A stretch of DNA of 64,000 nt. Source: Candidatus Rokuibacteriota bacterium (GTDB lineage Bacteria > Methylomirabilota > Methylomirabilia > Rokubacteriales > CSP1-6). The notes beneath the pieces are model-generated. The model made no database searches and was not told where the DNA came from. It saw only the letters and a list, made by a program, of their open reading frames with translations. Positions 9,266 through 18,377 of the stretch are shown one piece after another. Each line of letters begins with the position of its first letter. Position 1 is the stretch's first letter. The stretch is from the NCBI GenBank assembly GCA_003220495.1, contig QHSP01000041.1, positions 6,925 to 70,924 of the forward strand, given 5' to 3'. The position numbers and the translations under genes were made by a program.

Positions 9266-9380
9266 TCTAAACGCTGTGGACGTTTTGAACCTGGAGCCGG
9301 TGTCTCGTTGCGCGGCGTCGAGCGCAGCGCTCCCTGACTCGGCGGACGTCTTGACGGGTCCTTAACGTCCCGGCGCGGGA

Positions 9381-9399
9381 TCTTGACGGTTTCTTGAGA
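9381..9399 (+). promoter_or_regulatory. Direct repeats TCTTGAcggtt-TCTTGAgat (11-bp phasing), candidate KdpE box
   Basis: Two TCTTGA hexamers one helical turn apart, upstream of the kdpF-like/kdpF genes in the kdpD-kdpF divergent region. A third copy, TCTTGACGG, lies at 9349-9357. OmpR-family regulators bind such tandem repeats. No clean -35/-10 could be placed. Confidence 0.3.
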
Positions 9400-9434
9400 T
9401 GGCTGGGCGCTATCGTTCTCAGTGGAGGTTCAGC

Positions 9435-9524
9435 ATGGACTGGGCTGATTTTCTCTATGTCGGACTGAGCGTGCTCTTCTTCGGCCTCACCTGGGCGTTC
9501 GTCAGGCTCTGCGAGCGCGTGTAG
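9435..9524 (+). CDS. 29-aa hydrophobic peptide, divergent KdpF-like paralog
   Basis: Found by own reading (too short for the track): GGAGG-N6-[32 protein letters not shown]. One TM helix, and the tail FVRLCERV echoes the KdpF ALLxPExF tail. Confidence 0.35.
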   Translation: MDWADFLYVGLSVLFFGLTWAFVRLCERV

Positions 9525-9533
9525 GAGGTCGCC

Positions 9534-9626
9534 GTGCCACTGCTCTACATCGTCGGCGGTCTCGTCTCACTGGGCCTGTTGATCTACCTCGTGCTGGCGC
9601 TGCTCAAGCCGGAGCTCTTTGCATGA
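9534..9626 (+). CDS. kdpF: K+-transporting ATPase subunit F
   Basis: Own reading: AGGAGG-N5-[33 protein letters not shown], which matches the KdpF signature (..YLxxALLxPExF). Its TGA overlaps the kdpA ATG (ATGA). Confidence 0.7.
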   Translation: MPLLYIVGGLVSLGLLIYLVLALLKPELFA

Positions 9627-11416
9627 CAGCCAACGGCGTTCTTCAGCTCGTTTTCTATATGGTGGTTCTGCTGGTGCTAGCCAAGCCGCTCGGCGCGTAC
9701 ATGGCTCGCGTCTACGAGGGCCGGCCGATCGTGCTCGACCGGGTGCTCGGCTGGCTCGAGCGTCTGGTCTACAGGGCATCGGGCGTCACACCGGAGCTCG
9801 AGATGGGCTGGAAGACCTACGCCTTGACGATGCTCCTCTTCAATCTCGCCGGGGTCCTGGCGGCATACGCGCTCCAGCGTCTCCAGGGCGTGTTGCCGCT
9901 CAATCCGGCCGCGCTCGGCGCGGTCTCGCCCGACTCCTCGTTCAACACCGCCGTGAGCTTCGCGACGAACACGAACTGGCAGGGCTACGGCGGCGAGACG
10001 ACCATGAGCTATCTCACGCAGATGCTCGCCCTGACCGTGCAGAACTTCGTGTCGGCGGCGACGGGCATGGCGGTCGCGGTCGCGTTGATCCGAGGTTTCG
10101 CGCGCCGCTCCGCCGAGACGATCGGCAACTTCTGGGTCGATCTCACGCGAACCACGCTCTACATCCTGCTGCCGCTGTCGTTCGTCTTCGCGCTCGTGCT
10201 CGTCTCTCAGGGCGTCGTGCAGACGTTCAGTCCGTACGCGAAGGTCGCGGTGGTGCAGCCGACCGAGTACGACGAGCCGGTGACCGACAAGGACGCCAAG
10301 CCGGTCCTCGACGAGAAAGGCCAGCCGAAGACGAAGAAATCCACCCTGACCGAGCAGGTCATCGCGGTGGGGCCGGCGGCCTCGCAGATCGCGATCAAGC
10401 AGCTCGGTACGAACGGCGGCGGCTTCTTCAACGTGAACTCGGCCCACCCGTTCGAGAACCCGACGCCGCTCTCGAACTTTCTCGAGCTGCTGGCGATTTT
10501 GCAGATCTCGGCCGCGCTCTGCTACACGTTCGGCGTCATGGTCGGCGACACCCGCCAGGGATGGGCGGTGCTCGCCGCCATGACCGTCATCTTCGTGGCG
10601 CTTCTCGTCGTGTGCGTGGTCGCCGAGCAGAACGGCAGCGTCTTCGTGAAGCAGGGGGTCGACCACACCGCGAGCGCCCTGCAGTCCGGCGGGAACATGG
10701 AGGGCAAGGAAGTCCGGTTCGGCATCGCGAACTCAGCCTTGTGGGCCACCGCGACAACCTCGGCGTCGAATGGGTCGGTGAACTCGATGCACGACTCGTT
10801 CACTCCCATCGGTGGCCTCGTACCCATGTGGCTGATCCAGCTCGGTGAGGTCATCTACGGCGGTGTCGGCTCCGGCCTCTACGGAATGCTCATGTTCGCG
10901 ATCATCGCGGTCTTCGTGGCCGGGCTGATGGTCGGTCGCACGCCGGAGTATCTCGGGAAGAAGATCGAATCCTACGAGATGAAGATGTCCTCGCTGGTCA
11001 TCTTGATCACCCCCGCGCTCGTGCTTATCGGGACGTCGATCGGCGTGGTCACCGCGGCCGGAAAGGCCGGCATCGCGAACCCGGGCATCCACGGATTCAG
11101 TGAGATCCTGTACGCCTTCTCGTCAGCGTCCAACAACAACGGAAGCGCCTTCGCCGGCCTCTCGGCGAACACGCCCTTCTACAACACGGCGCTTGGCCTC
11201 TGCATGCTCTTCGGCCGCTACTGGCTGGCCGTGCCGGTGCTGGCGATCGCCGGTGCCCTGGCGCGCAAGAAGATCGTGCCGGTCGGCGCCGGCACCTTGC
11301 CGACGCACACGCCGCTCTTCGTAGGGCTGCTGGTCGGCGTCGTGCTCCTCGTCGGCGCGCTGACGTTCGTTCCAGCGCTGGCGCTCGGGCCGATCGTCGA
11401 GCATCTCACATGGTAG
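9623..11416 (+). CDS. kdpA: K+-transporting ATPase subunit A
   Basis: 597 aa: [33 protein letters not shown]...[10 protein letters not shown]...[14 protein letters not shown]; the selectivity-filter-like motifs of KdpA. Confidence 0.95.
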   Translation: MTANGVLQLVFYMVVLLVLAKPLGAYMARVYEGRPIVLDRVLGWLERLVYRASGVTPELEMGWKTYALTMLLFNLAGVLAAYALQRLQGVLPLNPAALGAVSPDSSFNTAVSFATNTNWQGYGGETTMSYLTQMLALTVQNFVSAATGMAVAVALIRGFARRSAETIGNFWVDLTRTTLYILLPLSFVFALVLVSQGVVQTFSPYAKVAVVQPTEYDEPVTDKDAKPVLDEKGQPKTKKSTLTEQVIAVGPAASQIAIKQLGTNGGGFFNVNSAHPFENPTPLSNFLELLAILQISAALCYTFGVMVGDTRQGWAVLAAMTVIFVALLVVCVVAEQNGSVFVKQGVDHTASALQSGGNMEGKEVRFGIANSALWATATTSASNGSVNSMHDSFTPIGGLVPMWLIQLGEVIYGGVGSGLYGMLMFAIIAVFVAGLMVGRTPEYLGKKIESYEMKMSSLVILITPALVLIGTSIGVVTAAGKAGIANPGIHGFSEILYAFSSASNNNGSAFAGLSANTPFYNTALGLCMLFGRYWLAVPVLAIAGALARKKIVPVGAGTLPTHTPLFVGLLVGVVLLVGALTFVPALALGPIVEHLTW

Positions 11417-11578
11417 TGCGAGCCGCAGGCCGTCGCGGGGCTGGGGACCCGCCGGCCGAGGCGAGCTTATTAGAAGGAGTGCGAGCCGCAGGCCGTCGCG
11501 GGGCTGGGGACCCGCCGGCCGAGGCGAGCTCGAGCCGCAGGCCGTCGCGGGGCTGGGGACCCGCCGGCCGAGGCGAGC
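11415..11578 (+). repeat. Three tandem copies of an approximately 50-nt GC-rich REP-like hairpin element
   Basis: AGTGCGAGCCGCAGGCCGTCGCGGGGCTGGGGACCCGCCGGCCGAGGCGAGC occurs at 11415-11466, 11478-11529 and (lacking the first nt) 11531-11578. It fills the kdpA-kdpB gap, and the unit is an imperfect palindrome. Confidence 0.85.
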
Positions 11579-11616
11579 GATGAAGAATGATCGCCGGGAA
11601 ATGAGGTGATAGAGCC

Positions 11617-13689
11617 ATGGCTGGCACGGTAAAGGCGCGCTCATTGTTCGATGCGACGATCGTGCGGCAAGCGATCGTCGACTCCTTCCGCAAGCTGACG
11701 CCTCGCCGCCAGGTTCGGAACCCTGTCATGTTCGTCGTCTACGTGGGCTCGATCCTGACCACGCTCCTGTGGGCGCAAGCGGTCGTCGGCGACGGCGAGG
11801 CGCCCGGCTGGTTCATCTTGTGGGTGTCCGTATGGCTCTGGTTCACGGTGCTGTTCGCGAACTTCGCCGAGGCGATGGCCGAGGGGCGCGGCAAGGCGCA
11901 GGCGGCGTCGCTCCGCAAGGCGCGGCGCGATCTCCAGGCCAAGCGGCTGTCGCGGCCCGAGCGCGCCGCTCGATTCGAGCTCGTCCCGGCTTCGAGCCTC
12001 CGAAAAGGACAGCACGTGCTCGTCGAGGCCGGGGATTTCGTCCCGGCCGACGGGACGGTCGTGGAAGGCGTCGCGTCGGTGAACGAGTCGGCGATCACCG
12101 GCGAGAGCGCGCCGGTCATCCGCGAGAGTGGCGGCGACCGCAGCTCGGTCACCGGGGGTACGCAGGTGCTGTCGGACTGGCTTATCGTCGAGGTCACCGC
12201 GGATCCGGGCGAAGCGTTCCTCGACCGCATGATCTCGCTGGTCGAGGGCGCCAAGCGGCAGAAGACGCCGAACGAGATCGCCCTCGACATCCTGCTGGCG
12301 GCGATGACCATCATCTTTCTCCTGGCGACCGCCACCTTGCTGCCGTTCTCGCTCTACAGCGTGGGCTCCGCCGGTCAGGGGACGCCGGTGACCGTGACGG
12401 TCCTGGTGGCCTTACTCGTGTGCCTGATCCCGACGACGATCGGGGCGCTCCTCTCGGCGATCGGCATCGCCGGCATGGACCGAATGATCCAGAAGAACGT
12501 CATCGCCATGTCCGGTCGAGCCGTCGAGGCGGCGGGAGACGTGGACGTGCTGCTGCTCGACAAGACCGGCACGATCACGCTCGGCAACCGTCAGGCGACC
12601 GCCTTCTACCCTGCCGATGGCGTGACCGAGGCCACGTTGGCCGACGCAGCTCAGCTCGCATCACTGGCCGATGAGACGCCCGAGGGGCGCAGCATCGTCG
12701 TGCTGGCCAAGGAGAAGTACCGCATCCGCGAGCGCGAGGTTGAAAAGATGGGCGCGACGTTCGTCGCGTTCACGGCGCAAACGCGGATGAGCGGCGTCAA
12801 CCTGAACGGCCGCCAGATCCGGAAGGGCGCCGCCGACGCGATCGAGGCCCACGTGAGGCGGCTCGGCGGCACCGTGCCGGCCGGCGTCCGCGGCACGGTC
12901 GACCGGATCGCGAAGGAGGGCGCGACGCCGCTCGTGGTCGCCGATGGCGCCAACGTTGTCGGCGTCATCCAGCTCAAGGACATCGTGAAGGGCGGCATCC
13001 ACGAGCGGTTCACCGAGCTCCGCCGCATGGGCATCAAGACGGTCATGATCACCGGCGACAACCCGCTCACCGCGGCGGCGATCGCGGCGGAGGCCGGCGT
13101 CGACGAGTTCCTGGCCGAGGCGACGCCCGAGGCCAAGCTGAAGCTCATCCGGGAGACGCAAGCCCAGGGACGGCTGGTGGCGATGACCGGCGACGGCACC
13201 AACGACGCCCCAGCGCTCGCTCAGGCCGACGTGGCCGTCGCCATGAACACGGGGACGCAGGCGGCCAAGGAAGCCGGCAACATGATCGACCTCGACTCGA
13301 ATCCGACGAAGCTCCTCGAGGTCGTCGAGACCGGCAAGCAGATGCTGATGACGCGCGGCGCGCTGACGACCTTCAGCATCGCCAATGACGTCGCCAAGTA
13401 CTTCGCGATCATCCCGGCGGCGTTCGCCACGACGTATCCGGTGCTCGAGACGCTCAACATCATGCACCTGGCGACGCCCCAGAGCGCGATCCTGTCCGCC
13501 GTCATCTTCAACGCGCTCATCATCATCGCCCTGATCCCGCTGGCGCTGAAGGGCGTCCGCTACCGTGCGATCGGCGCCGCGGCCGTGCTGCGCCGTCACG
13601 TCTGGATCTACGGCGTCGGCGGCATCATCATCCCGTTCCCAGGCATCAAGCTGGTCGACATGATTCTGGTGGCCCTTCACCTTGTGTAG
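11617..13689 (+). CDS. kdpB: K+-transporting P-type ATPase subunit B
   Basis: 690 aa with DKTGTIT phosphorylation motif, TGDN and [13 protein letters not shown] motifs. Confidence 0.95.
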   Translation: MAGTVKARSLFDATIVRQAIVDSFRKLTPRRQVRNPVMFVVYVGSILTTLLWAQAVVGDGEAPGWFILWVSVWLWFTVLFANFAEAMAEGRGKAQAASLRKARRDLQAKRLSRPERAARFELVPASSLRKGQHVLVEAGDFVPADGTVVEGVASVNESAITGESAPVIRESGGDRSSVTGGTQVLSDWLIVEVTADPGEAFLDRMISLVEGAKRQKTPNEIALDILLAAMTIIFLLATATLLPFSLYSVGSAGQGTPVTVTVLVALLVCLIPTTIGALLSAIGIAGMDRMIQKNVIAMSGRAVEAAGDVDVLLLDKTGTITLGNRQATAFYPADGVTEATLADAAQLASLADETPEGRSIVVLAKEKYRIREREVEKMGATFVAFTAQTRMSGVNLNGRQIRKGAADAIEAHVRRLGGTVPAGVRGTVDRIAKEGATPLVVADGANVVGVIQLKDIVKGGIHERFTELRRMGIKTVMITGDNPLTAAAIAAEAGVDEFLAEATPEAKLKLIRETQAQGRLVAMTGDGTNDAPALAQADVAVAMNTGTQAAKEAGNMIDLDSNPTKLLEVVETGKQMLMTRGALTTFSIANDVAKYFAIIPAAFATTYPVLETLNIMHLATPQSAILSAVIFNALIIIALIPLALKGVRYRAIGAAAVLRRHVWIYGVGGIIIPFPGIKLVDMILVALHLV

Positions 13690-13719
13690 GGCCGCGGCTA
13701 TGAAGAGGGAGCTGACACC

Positions 13720-14289
13720 ATGCTGACTCATGTGCGCGCCGCGATCGCCTCGCTCGTCGTCTTCACGGTGGTCACCGGCGTCGCCTACCCGGTGCTCGTG
13801 ACGCTGATCGCCCAGCTCGTCTTTCCGCACCAGGCGAACGGCAGCCTGATCGTCAAGGGCGGCAAGACCGTCGGCTCGACGCTCATCGGGCAGCCCTTCG
13901 ATGCCCCGACATATTTCTGGGGTCGTCCGTCGGCAACCAGCCCGTTCGGCTACAACGCGGGCTCCTCGGGCGCGTCGAATCTCAGCCCGACGAACGCCGA
14001 TCTGGTCAAGTCGGTGCAAGGGCGCGTCGATGCCCTCCGGGCCGCCGATCCCGGCAATACGGCGCCGGTGCCGGTGGACCTCGTAACCGCCTCGGGCAGC
14101 GGCCTCGATCCGCACATCAGTCCGGCGGCTGCCCTCTATCAGGTGGGCCGCGTGGCCAAGACGCGCAAGCTCGATGAGAGCATCGTGCATGGCCTGGTCG
14201 CGCAGCACACCGAGGGCCGGCTGTTCGGCGCGCTCGGCGAGCCTCGGGTGAACGTGCTCGAGCTCAATCTCGCGCTCGATTCGCGGTAG
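13720..14289 (+). CDS. kdpC: K+-transporting ATPase subunit C
   Basis: 189 aa with an N-terminal TM, then [10 protein letters not shown]...GRPSA...[10 protein letters not shown]...[13 protein letters not shown], typical of KdpC. Confidence 0.9.
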   Translation: MLTHVRAAIASLVVFTVVTGVAYPVLVTLIAQLVFPHQANGSLIVKGGKTVGSTLIGQPFDAPTYFWGRPSATSPFGYNAGSSGASNLSPTNADLVKSVQGRVDALRAADPGNTAPVPVDLVTASGSGLDPHISPAAALYQVGRVAKTRKLDESIVHGLVAQHTEGRLFGALGEPRVNVLELNLALDSR

Positions 14290-14348
14290 ACCGGGCCCGA
14301 CCTCTCGGGAGCGCTCGGCGTAGCGAATCACGCGACCGGGCGTACCCT

Positions 14349-15710
14349 GTGGCTATGAGCGACCAGGATCAGGATCAGGAGCGGCTGTTCGACTCCGCGC
14401 GACGCCTGCTCGAAGGTGGCAAGGACGGCCGCGACGACCAGGCGTTCGAGGCCGCCCACCCGTCGGACATCGCCGCGATCCTCCAGCACCTGCCCCTCGA
14501 GCAGCAAGTCGTGCTCTTCCGGCGGCTCTCCGCCGAGCGCGCCGGTGACGTCCTCCCGGCCCTCGACGACACGACCCTGCTGGCGCTCGTCCGCGCCCTC
14601 GACGAGGTCGAGGTCTCACGCATCCTCGACGAGATGCCCCCGGAGCACGCCGCCGACGTCGTGAAAGAGCTCCCCCGGGACGAGGCCGAAAAAATCCTCG
14701 ACCTCATGGAGGAAGAGCACTCCGAGGACGTTCAGGAGGTCCTCGAGTATCCGGAGCATTCGGCCGGCCGGTTGATGTCGCCGGACTTCGTCGCCGTGCG
14801 CGAGGACGCGACCGTGGAGGAGGCGATCAAGCACATCCGTGACTCCGTCGCGAGCGAGCGCGCCTTCGAGCTCTACGTCGTCGACAGTCATCGCCACCTG
14901 GTGGGCACGGTGCCGCTGCGCCGCTTGCTGATCGCCGACCCGGCGACCGCGGTGCTCGCGATTCGTGACGAGAACGTCGTCAGCGTGCCGACGGGGTTGG
15001 ATCAAGAGGAGGTCGCGCGCGTGGTGGCCAAGTACGACCTCGTGGCCGTGCCGGTCGTCGACGGACGCCACCATCTGGTCGGCACCATCTCCGCCGACGA
15101 CGTGGTCGACATCGTCGGCGAGGAGGCCACGGAGGACATCTTTCGCATGGCCGGCTCGGACGCCGCCGAGCTCGAACGGCGCTCGCCGCCCCAGATCGCC
15201 CTCATGCGGCTACCGTGGGTGATGGCCACCCTGATCATCGAGCTCGGGGCGGGCGCGGTCATCCACTACTTCGATCAGACGCTCGGCAAGGTCATTCTCC
15301 TCGCGTCCTTCATGCCCGTGATCCAGGCGATCTCGGGCAACACGGGGCTTCAGTCGGTGACGATGGTCGTCCGCGGCCTCGCGACCGGTCAGGTGCAGCT
15401 GAGCCGCTGGTGGGAGCCGCTCCGCCGGCAGGTCCAGACCTCGAGCATCCTGGGCGGCGTGTGCGCGCTCGTGGTCGGCTCGGTCGGCTGGCTCTGGCAC
15501 TCGGCGGCCTTCGCGCTCGTGGTGGCCGTCTCGATGTTCACCTCGGTGAACCTCTCGGGCTTCGCCGGGACGATGATCCCCATGCTCTCCAAGCGCCTCG
15601 GCTTCGATCCGGCGATCACCGCCGGCCCCTTCGAGACCGCCCTGCAGGACGTGCTCGGCGTCACGATCTTCCTGTCACTGGCGACCGCGCTCCTGCACTG
15701 GATCAGCTGA
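14349..15710 (+). CDS. mgtE: Magnesium transporter MgtE
   Basis: 453 aa with an N-domain (HPSDIAAILQHLP), tandem CBS domains, and a C-terminal TM domain (PVIQAISGNTGLQS...GPFETALQDVLGV). Confidence 0.9.
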   Translation: MAMSDQDQDQERLFDSARRLLEGGKDGRDDQAFEAAHPSDIAAILQHLPLEQQVVLFRRLSAERAGDVLPALDDTTLLALVRALDEVEVSRILDEMPPEHAADVVKELPRDEAEKILDLMEEEHSEDVQEVLEYPEHSAGRLMSPDFVAVREDATVEEAIKHIRDSVASERAFELYVVDSHRHLVGTVPLRRLLIADPATAVLAIRDENVVSVPTGLDQEEVARVVAKYDLVAVPVVDGRHHLVGTISADDVVDIVGEEATEDIFRMAGSDAAELERRSPPQIALMRLPWVMATLIIELGAGAVIHYFDQTLGKVILLASFMPVIQAISGNTGLQSVTMVVRGLATGQVQLSRWWEPLRRQVQTSSILGGVCALVVGSVGWLWHSAAFALVVAVSMFTSVNLSGFAGTMIPMLSKRLGFDPAITAGPFETALQDVLGVTIFLSLATALLHWIS

Positions 15711-15731
15711 GCGTCAGCCTCGAAAGGGCGG

Positions 15732-16100
15732 CTAGCGCGCGACCTCTTCCAGGGTGGTTTCCACCGGCGCCGCGTCGCCCGGCTTCCACGCGCCGGCACG
15801 TCGTGTGCGCGCGGGCTCCTCGCGATCAGATGGGATCACGCGCATGGTCACCCGTGAGCTCGCGCAGGGGCACCAATCCAGGTGATCGAGCGCGGCGCGG
15901 TTGCGGCGCGTCCACTGGACCATCGCGGTGAAGCCACCGAAGACCAGCCCACACTGGAGCACGGTGCGCTCGACTCCGACCGCGACGAGAACCTGCACCA
16001 GCAGCAGCGCGCACAGCATGAGCCCGGCCAGCGCGTAGAGCCCGCGCCAGCCCGGTCGCGGGGGCGTCGTCGACCCTGAGGGGCGCTCGGTCATGCACAT
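15732..16100 (-). CDS. Hypothetical two-TM membrane protein
   Basis: 122-aa ORF with high third-position G+C and two hydrophobic helices (LYALAGLMLCALLLVQVLVAV, LQCGLVFGGFTAMV). No recognisable family. Confidence 0.45.
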   Translation of the reverse strand: MCMTERPSGSTTPPRPGWRGLYALAGLMLCALLLVQVLVAVGVERTVLQCGLVFGGFTAMVQWTRRNRAALDHLDWCPCASSRVTMRVIPSDREEPARTRRAGAWKPGDAAPVETTLEEVAR

Positions 16101-16123
16101 CGCGGCACCAACTCTGTATGGTT

Positions 16124-16171
16124 GCGCCTCGGCCGCGGGGCCCCAGCCCCGTGACGACCTGCGGCGCGCAC
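16124..16171 (-). repeat. Single copy of the REP-like hairpin element (inverted orientation)
   Basis: GCGCCTCGGCCGCGGGGCCCCAGCCCCGTGACGACCTGCGGCGCGCAC is the reverse complement of the 11415/21667 unit with a few substitutions. Intergenic. Confidence 0.7.
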
Positions 16172-16297
16172 GACATCACCGTGACACGGCGAGCCTCAAA
16201 CCCGCGTCAAGAGACAGGGGCCGCGCGTTAAAAACGCGTAAAAATCGCGGCGAAGCGGCATCAGTCGGCTCGGGCGGGCGTAGAGTCGGACGACGAT

Positions 16298-18124
16298 ATG
16301 CGACTGGTGCTCGTCAAACGCCTGCTGCTCGGCGCGCCAATGCCGCTCGCTCAAGCGCGGCACGAGCGCCTCAACAAGACGGTCGCCCTCGCGGTGTTCG
16401 CTTCGGACCCGCTGTCCTCGGTGGCGTACGCGACCGAGGAAATCCTGCTGGTGCTCATGCTCGGTGGCGCCGCGGCGCTCAGCTATTCGTTGCCGGTCGC
16501 TCTCGGGATCGCTGCGCTCCTGGCGGTAGTGGTCGTCTCGTACCGCCAGACGGTCGCGGCGTACCCCCAGGGAGGCGGCGCCTATCTCGTCGCGAAGGAC
16601 AACATCGGACAGTATCCGGCGCTCATCGCCGCTGCGGCCCTGCTGGTGGACTACGTGCTGACGGTGTCGGTCTCCGTCGTCGCCGGCATTGCGGCCTTGA
16701 CGTCCGCGGTGTCCTGGCTGCACCCGTACCGCATCGGCCTCAGCGTCCTCGCGGTGGTCGGGATCGCGCTCGGCAACCTTCGCGGTGTGCGGGAGTCCGG
16801 CCGGCTGTTCGCGGCGCCGACCTACTTCTTCGTGCTGAGCATTCTCGGCACGATCTCGTACGGCCTCCTCGGCGCGCTCTTCGATTGGCTGCCCGAAGCT
16901 CCGTACCAGCCCCACCCGCCGGGTCTCGAAGGCCTCGGCCTGTTCCTGCTCCTGCGAAGCTACGCGGCCGGGTGCACCGCGCTGACGGGGGTCGAAGCGG
17001 TGTCCAACGGCGTCCAGGCGCTCAAGCCTCCCGAGGGGCGCAACGCCCAGACCGTCATGACCGCGCTCGGCATCATCTCGATCGTGATGTTCCTGGGCAT
17101 CACGTACCTTGCCTACGACTTCGGGATAGTCCCGGGCGGCGACGAGACGGTCGTGTCGAAGATCGCTCACCGGGTCTGGGGCGACGGCGTGGGTTATTAC
17201 CTGGTCCAGGCCTCGACCTTGCTCATCCTCGTCCTCGCCGCCAACACCTCGTACGCCGACTTTCCGCGGCTCTCGTCGATTCTCGCGCGAGACCGCTACG
17301 TGCCGCGGCAGTTCGCGAACCAGGGTGACCGCCTCGTCTTCTCCAACGGCATCATGATCCTCAGCGGGTTCGCCGTCCTCTTGATCGTCGTCTTCCAGGG
17401 CGACACGCACGCGCTCCTGCCGCTCTACGCGATCGGCGTCTTCATCTCGTTCACGATCTCGCAGAGCGGCATGGTGCGGCGCTGGCTGCGCCTTCGCGAG
17501 AAGGGCTGGCAGTGGCGGATGTGGGTCAATGGAATCGGGGCGGTGGTCACCGGCGTCGTGCTCCTGACGCTCGCGGTGACGAAGTTCGTCGAAGGCGCTT
17601 GGATCGTGGTCGTCGTCATTCCTCTCCTGGTCGCTACATTCGTCGTCATGCACCGCCACTACGAGGAGGTCGCGCACGAGCTGTCGCTCGAAGGCCTCGA
17701 GCGGCCGCCGGAGTTTCAGCACACGGTCCTGGTGCTGATCGGCGACGTCCATCGGGGCGTCGTCCGGGCGGTGCAGTACGCCCGGACGCTCGCGCCGACC
17801 GCGGTGGTGCGTGCCGTGTACGTCGAGACGGACCCGACGCGCACGGGCCGGCTCGAAGAGAAGTGGGGCAAGTGGGGGCTCGGGGTGCCGCTGGTCGTCC
17901 TGACGTCGCCGTACCGCTCGCTCCTGCGCCCGCTCCTGGACTATCTCGACCAGGTCCAGTCGCGCGGTGACGAGCAGATGGTCACGATCGTGCTCCCGGA
18001 GTTCCTGCCGCGCCACTGGTGGCAGCACGCCTTGCACAACCAGACCGCGCTCCTGGTCAAGGGCGCGCTGCTCTTCCGGAGGAACACGGTCGTCGCCGAC
18101 GTGCCCTACCTCCTGAAGCGCTGA
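16298..18124 (+). CDS. APC-superfamily permease with C-terminal cytosolic domain, KimA-like K+/H+ symporter candidate
   Basis: 608 aa. The N-terminus KRLLLGAPMPLAQARHERLNKTVALAVFASDPLSSVAYATEEIL...YRQTVAAYPQGGGAYLVAKDN...LLVDYVLTVSVS closely parallels the Bacillus KimA N-terminus as I remember it. About 12 TM plus a roughly 150-aa soluble tail. Confidence 0.75.
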   Translation: MRLVLVKRLLLGAPMPLAQARHERLNKTVALAVFASDPLSSVAYATEEILLVLMLGGAAALSYSLPVALGIAALLAVVVVSYRQTVAAYPQGGGAYLVAKDNIGQYPALIAAAALLVDYVLTVSVSVVAGIAALTSAVSWLHPYRIGLSVLAVVGIALGNLRGVRESGRLFAAPTYFFVLSILGTISYGLLGALFDWLPEAPYQPHPPGLEGLGLFLLLRSYAAGCTALTGVEAVSNGVQALKPPEGRNAQTVMTALGIISIVMFLGITYLAYDFGIVPGGDETVVSKIAHRVWGDGVGYYLVQASTLLILVLAANTSYADFPRLSSILARDRYVPRQFANQGDRLVFSNGIMILSGFAVLLIVVFQGDTHALLPLYAIGVFISFTISQSGMVRRWLRLREKGWQWRMWVNGIGAVVTGVVLLTLAVTKFVEGAWIVVVVIPLLVATFVVMHRHYEEVAHELSLEGLERPPEFQHTVLVLIGDVHRGVVRAVQYARTLAPTAVVRAVYVETDPTRTGRLEEKWGKWGLGVPLVVLTSPYRSLLRPLLDYLDQVQSRGDEQMVTIVLPEFLPRHWWQHALHNQTALLVKGALLFRRNTVVADVPYLLKR

Positions 18125-18377
18125 GCGTTGTTTTGGCCGCCGGCGCGAGGCGCCATATAGTGGAGAGGCGATCGACAGAGAGCCTCTCGCCACGACACCC
18201 GATTCGCTGGCCCGCCGGATCGCGCCACTCGCGATCGCGGCGATCACCTTCGCGGTCTTTTCGCCCGCGCTCCAGTACGGCTTCATCCTCTGGGACGACG
18301 ATCGCAACTTCCTGAACAACCCCGCCTATCGCGGCCTCGGCTGGGCTCAGGTCCGCTTTGCCTTCACGAGCGCGCTC

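Noticed and set aside
11415-11578. Possibility that the three tandem repeats are a mini CRISPR array.
   Set aside because: The 'spacers' are only about 11 nt and 1 nt. The repeat is itself a long hairpin that occurs singly at three other loci in both orientations, and no cas genes are present. This is REP-like, not CRISPR.
11617-11640. TGGCAC at the kdpB start, and a few other TGGCAC occurrences (4561, 15495, 20427, 54547), as sigma-54 promoters.
   Set aside because: None has TTGC (or even GC) at the required N5 spacing, and all are inside coding sequence. Only the 2220 site fits the full consensus.
14290-14348. M-box Mg2+ riboswitch upstream of mgtE.
   Set aside because: The intergenic gap is only 59 nt, far too short for an M-box. 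mgtE appears to follow kdpC directly.
16172-16297. c-di-AMP (ydaO-type) riboswitch upstream of the KimA-like permease.
   Set aside because: The leader is about 125 nt and mostly taken up by a REP copy. No pseudo-symmetric ydaO-like conserved segments were seen.
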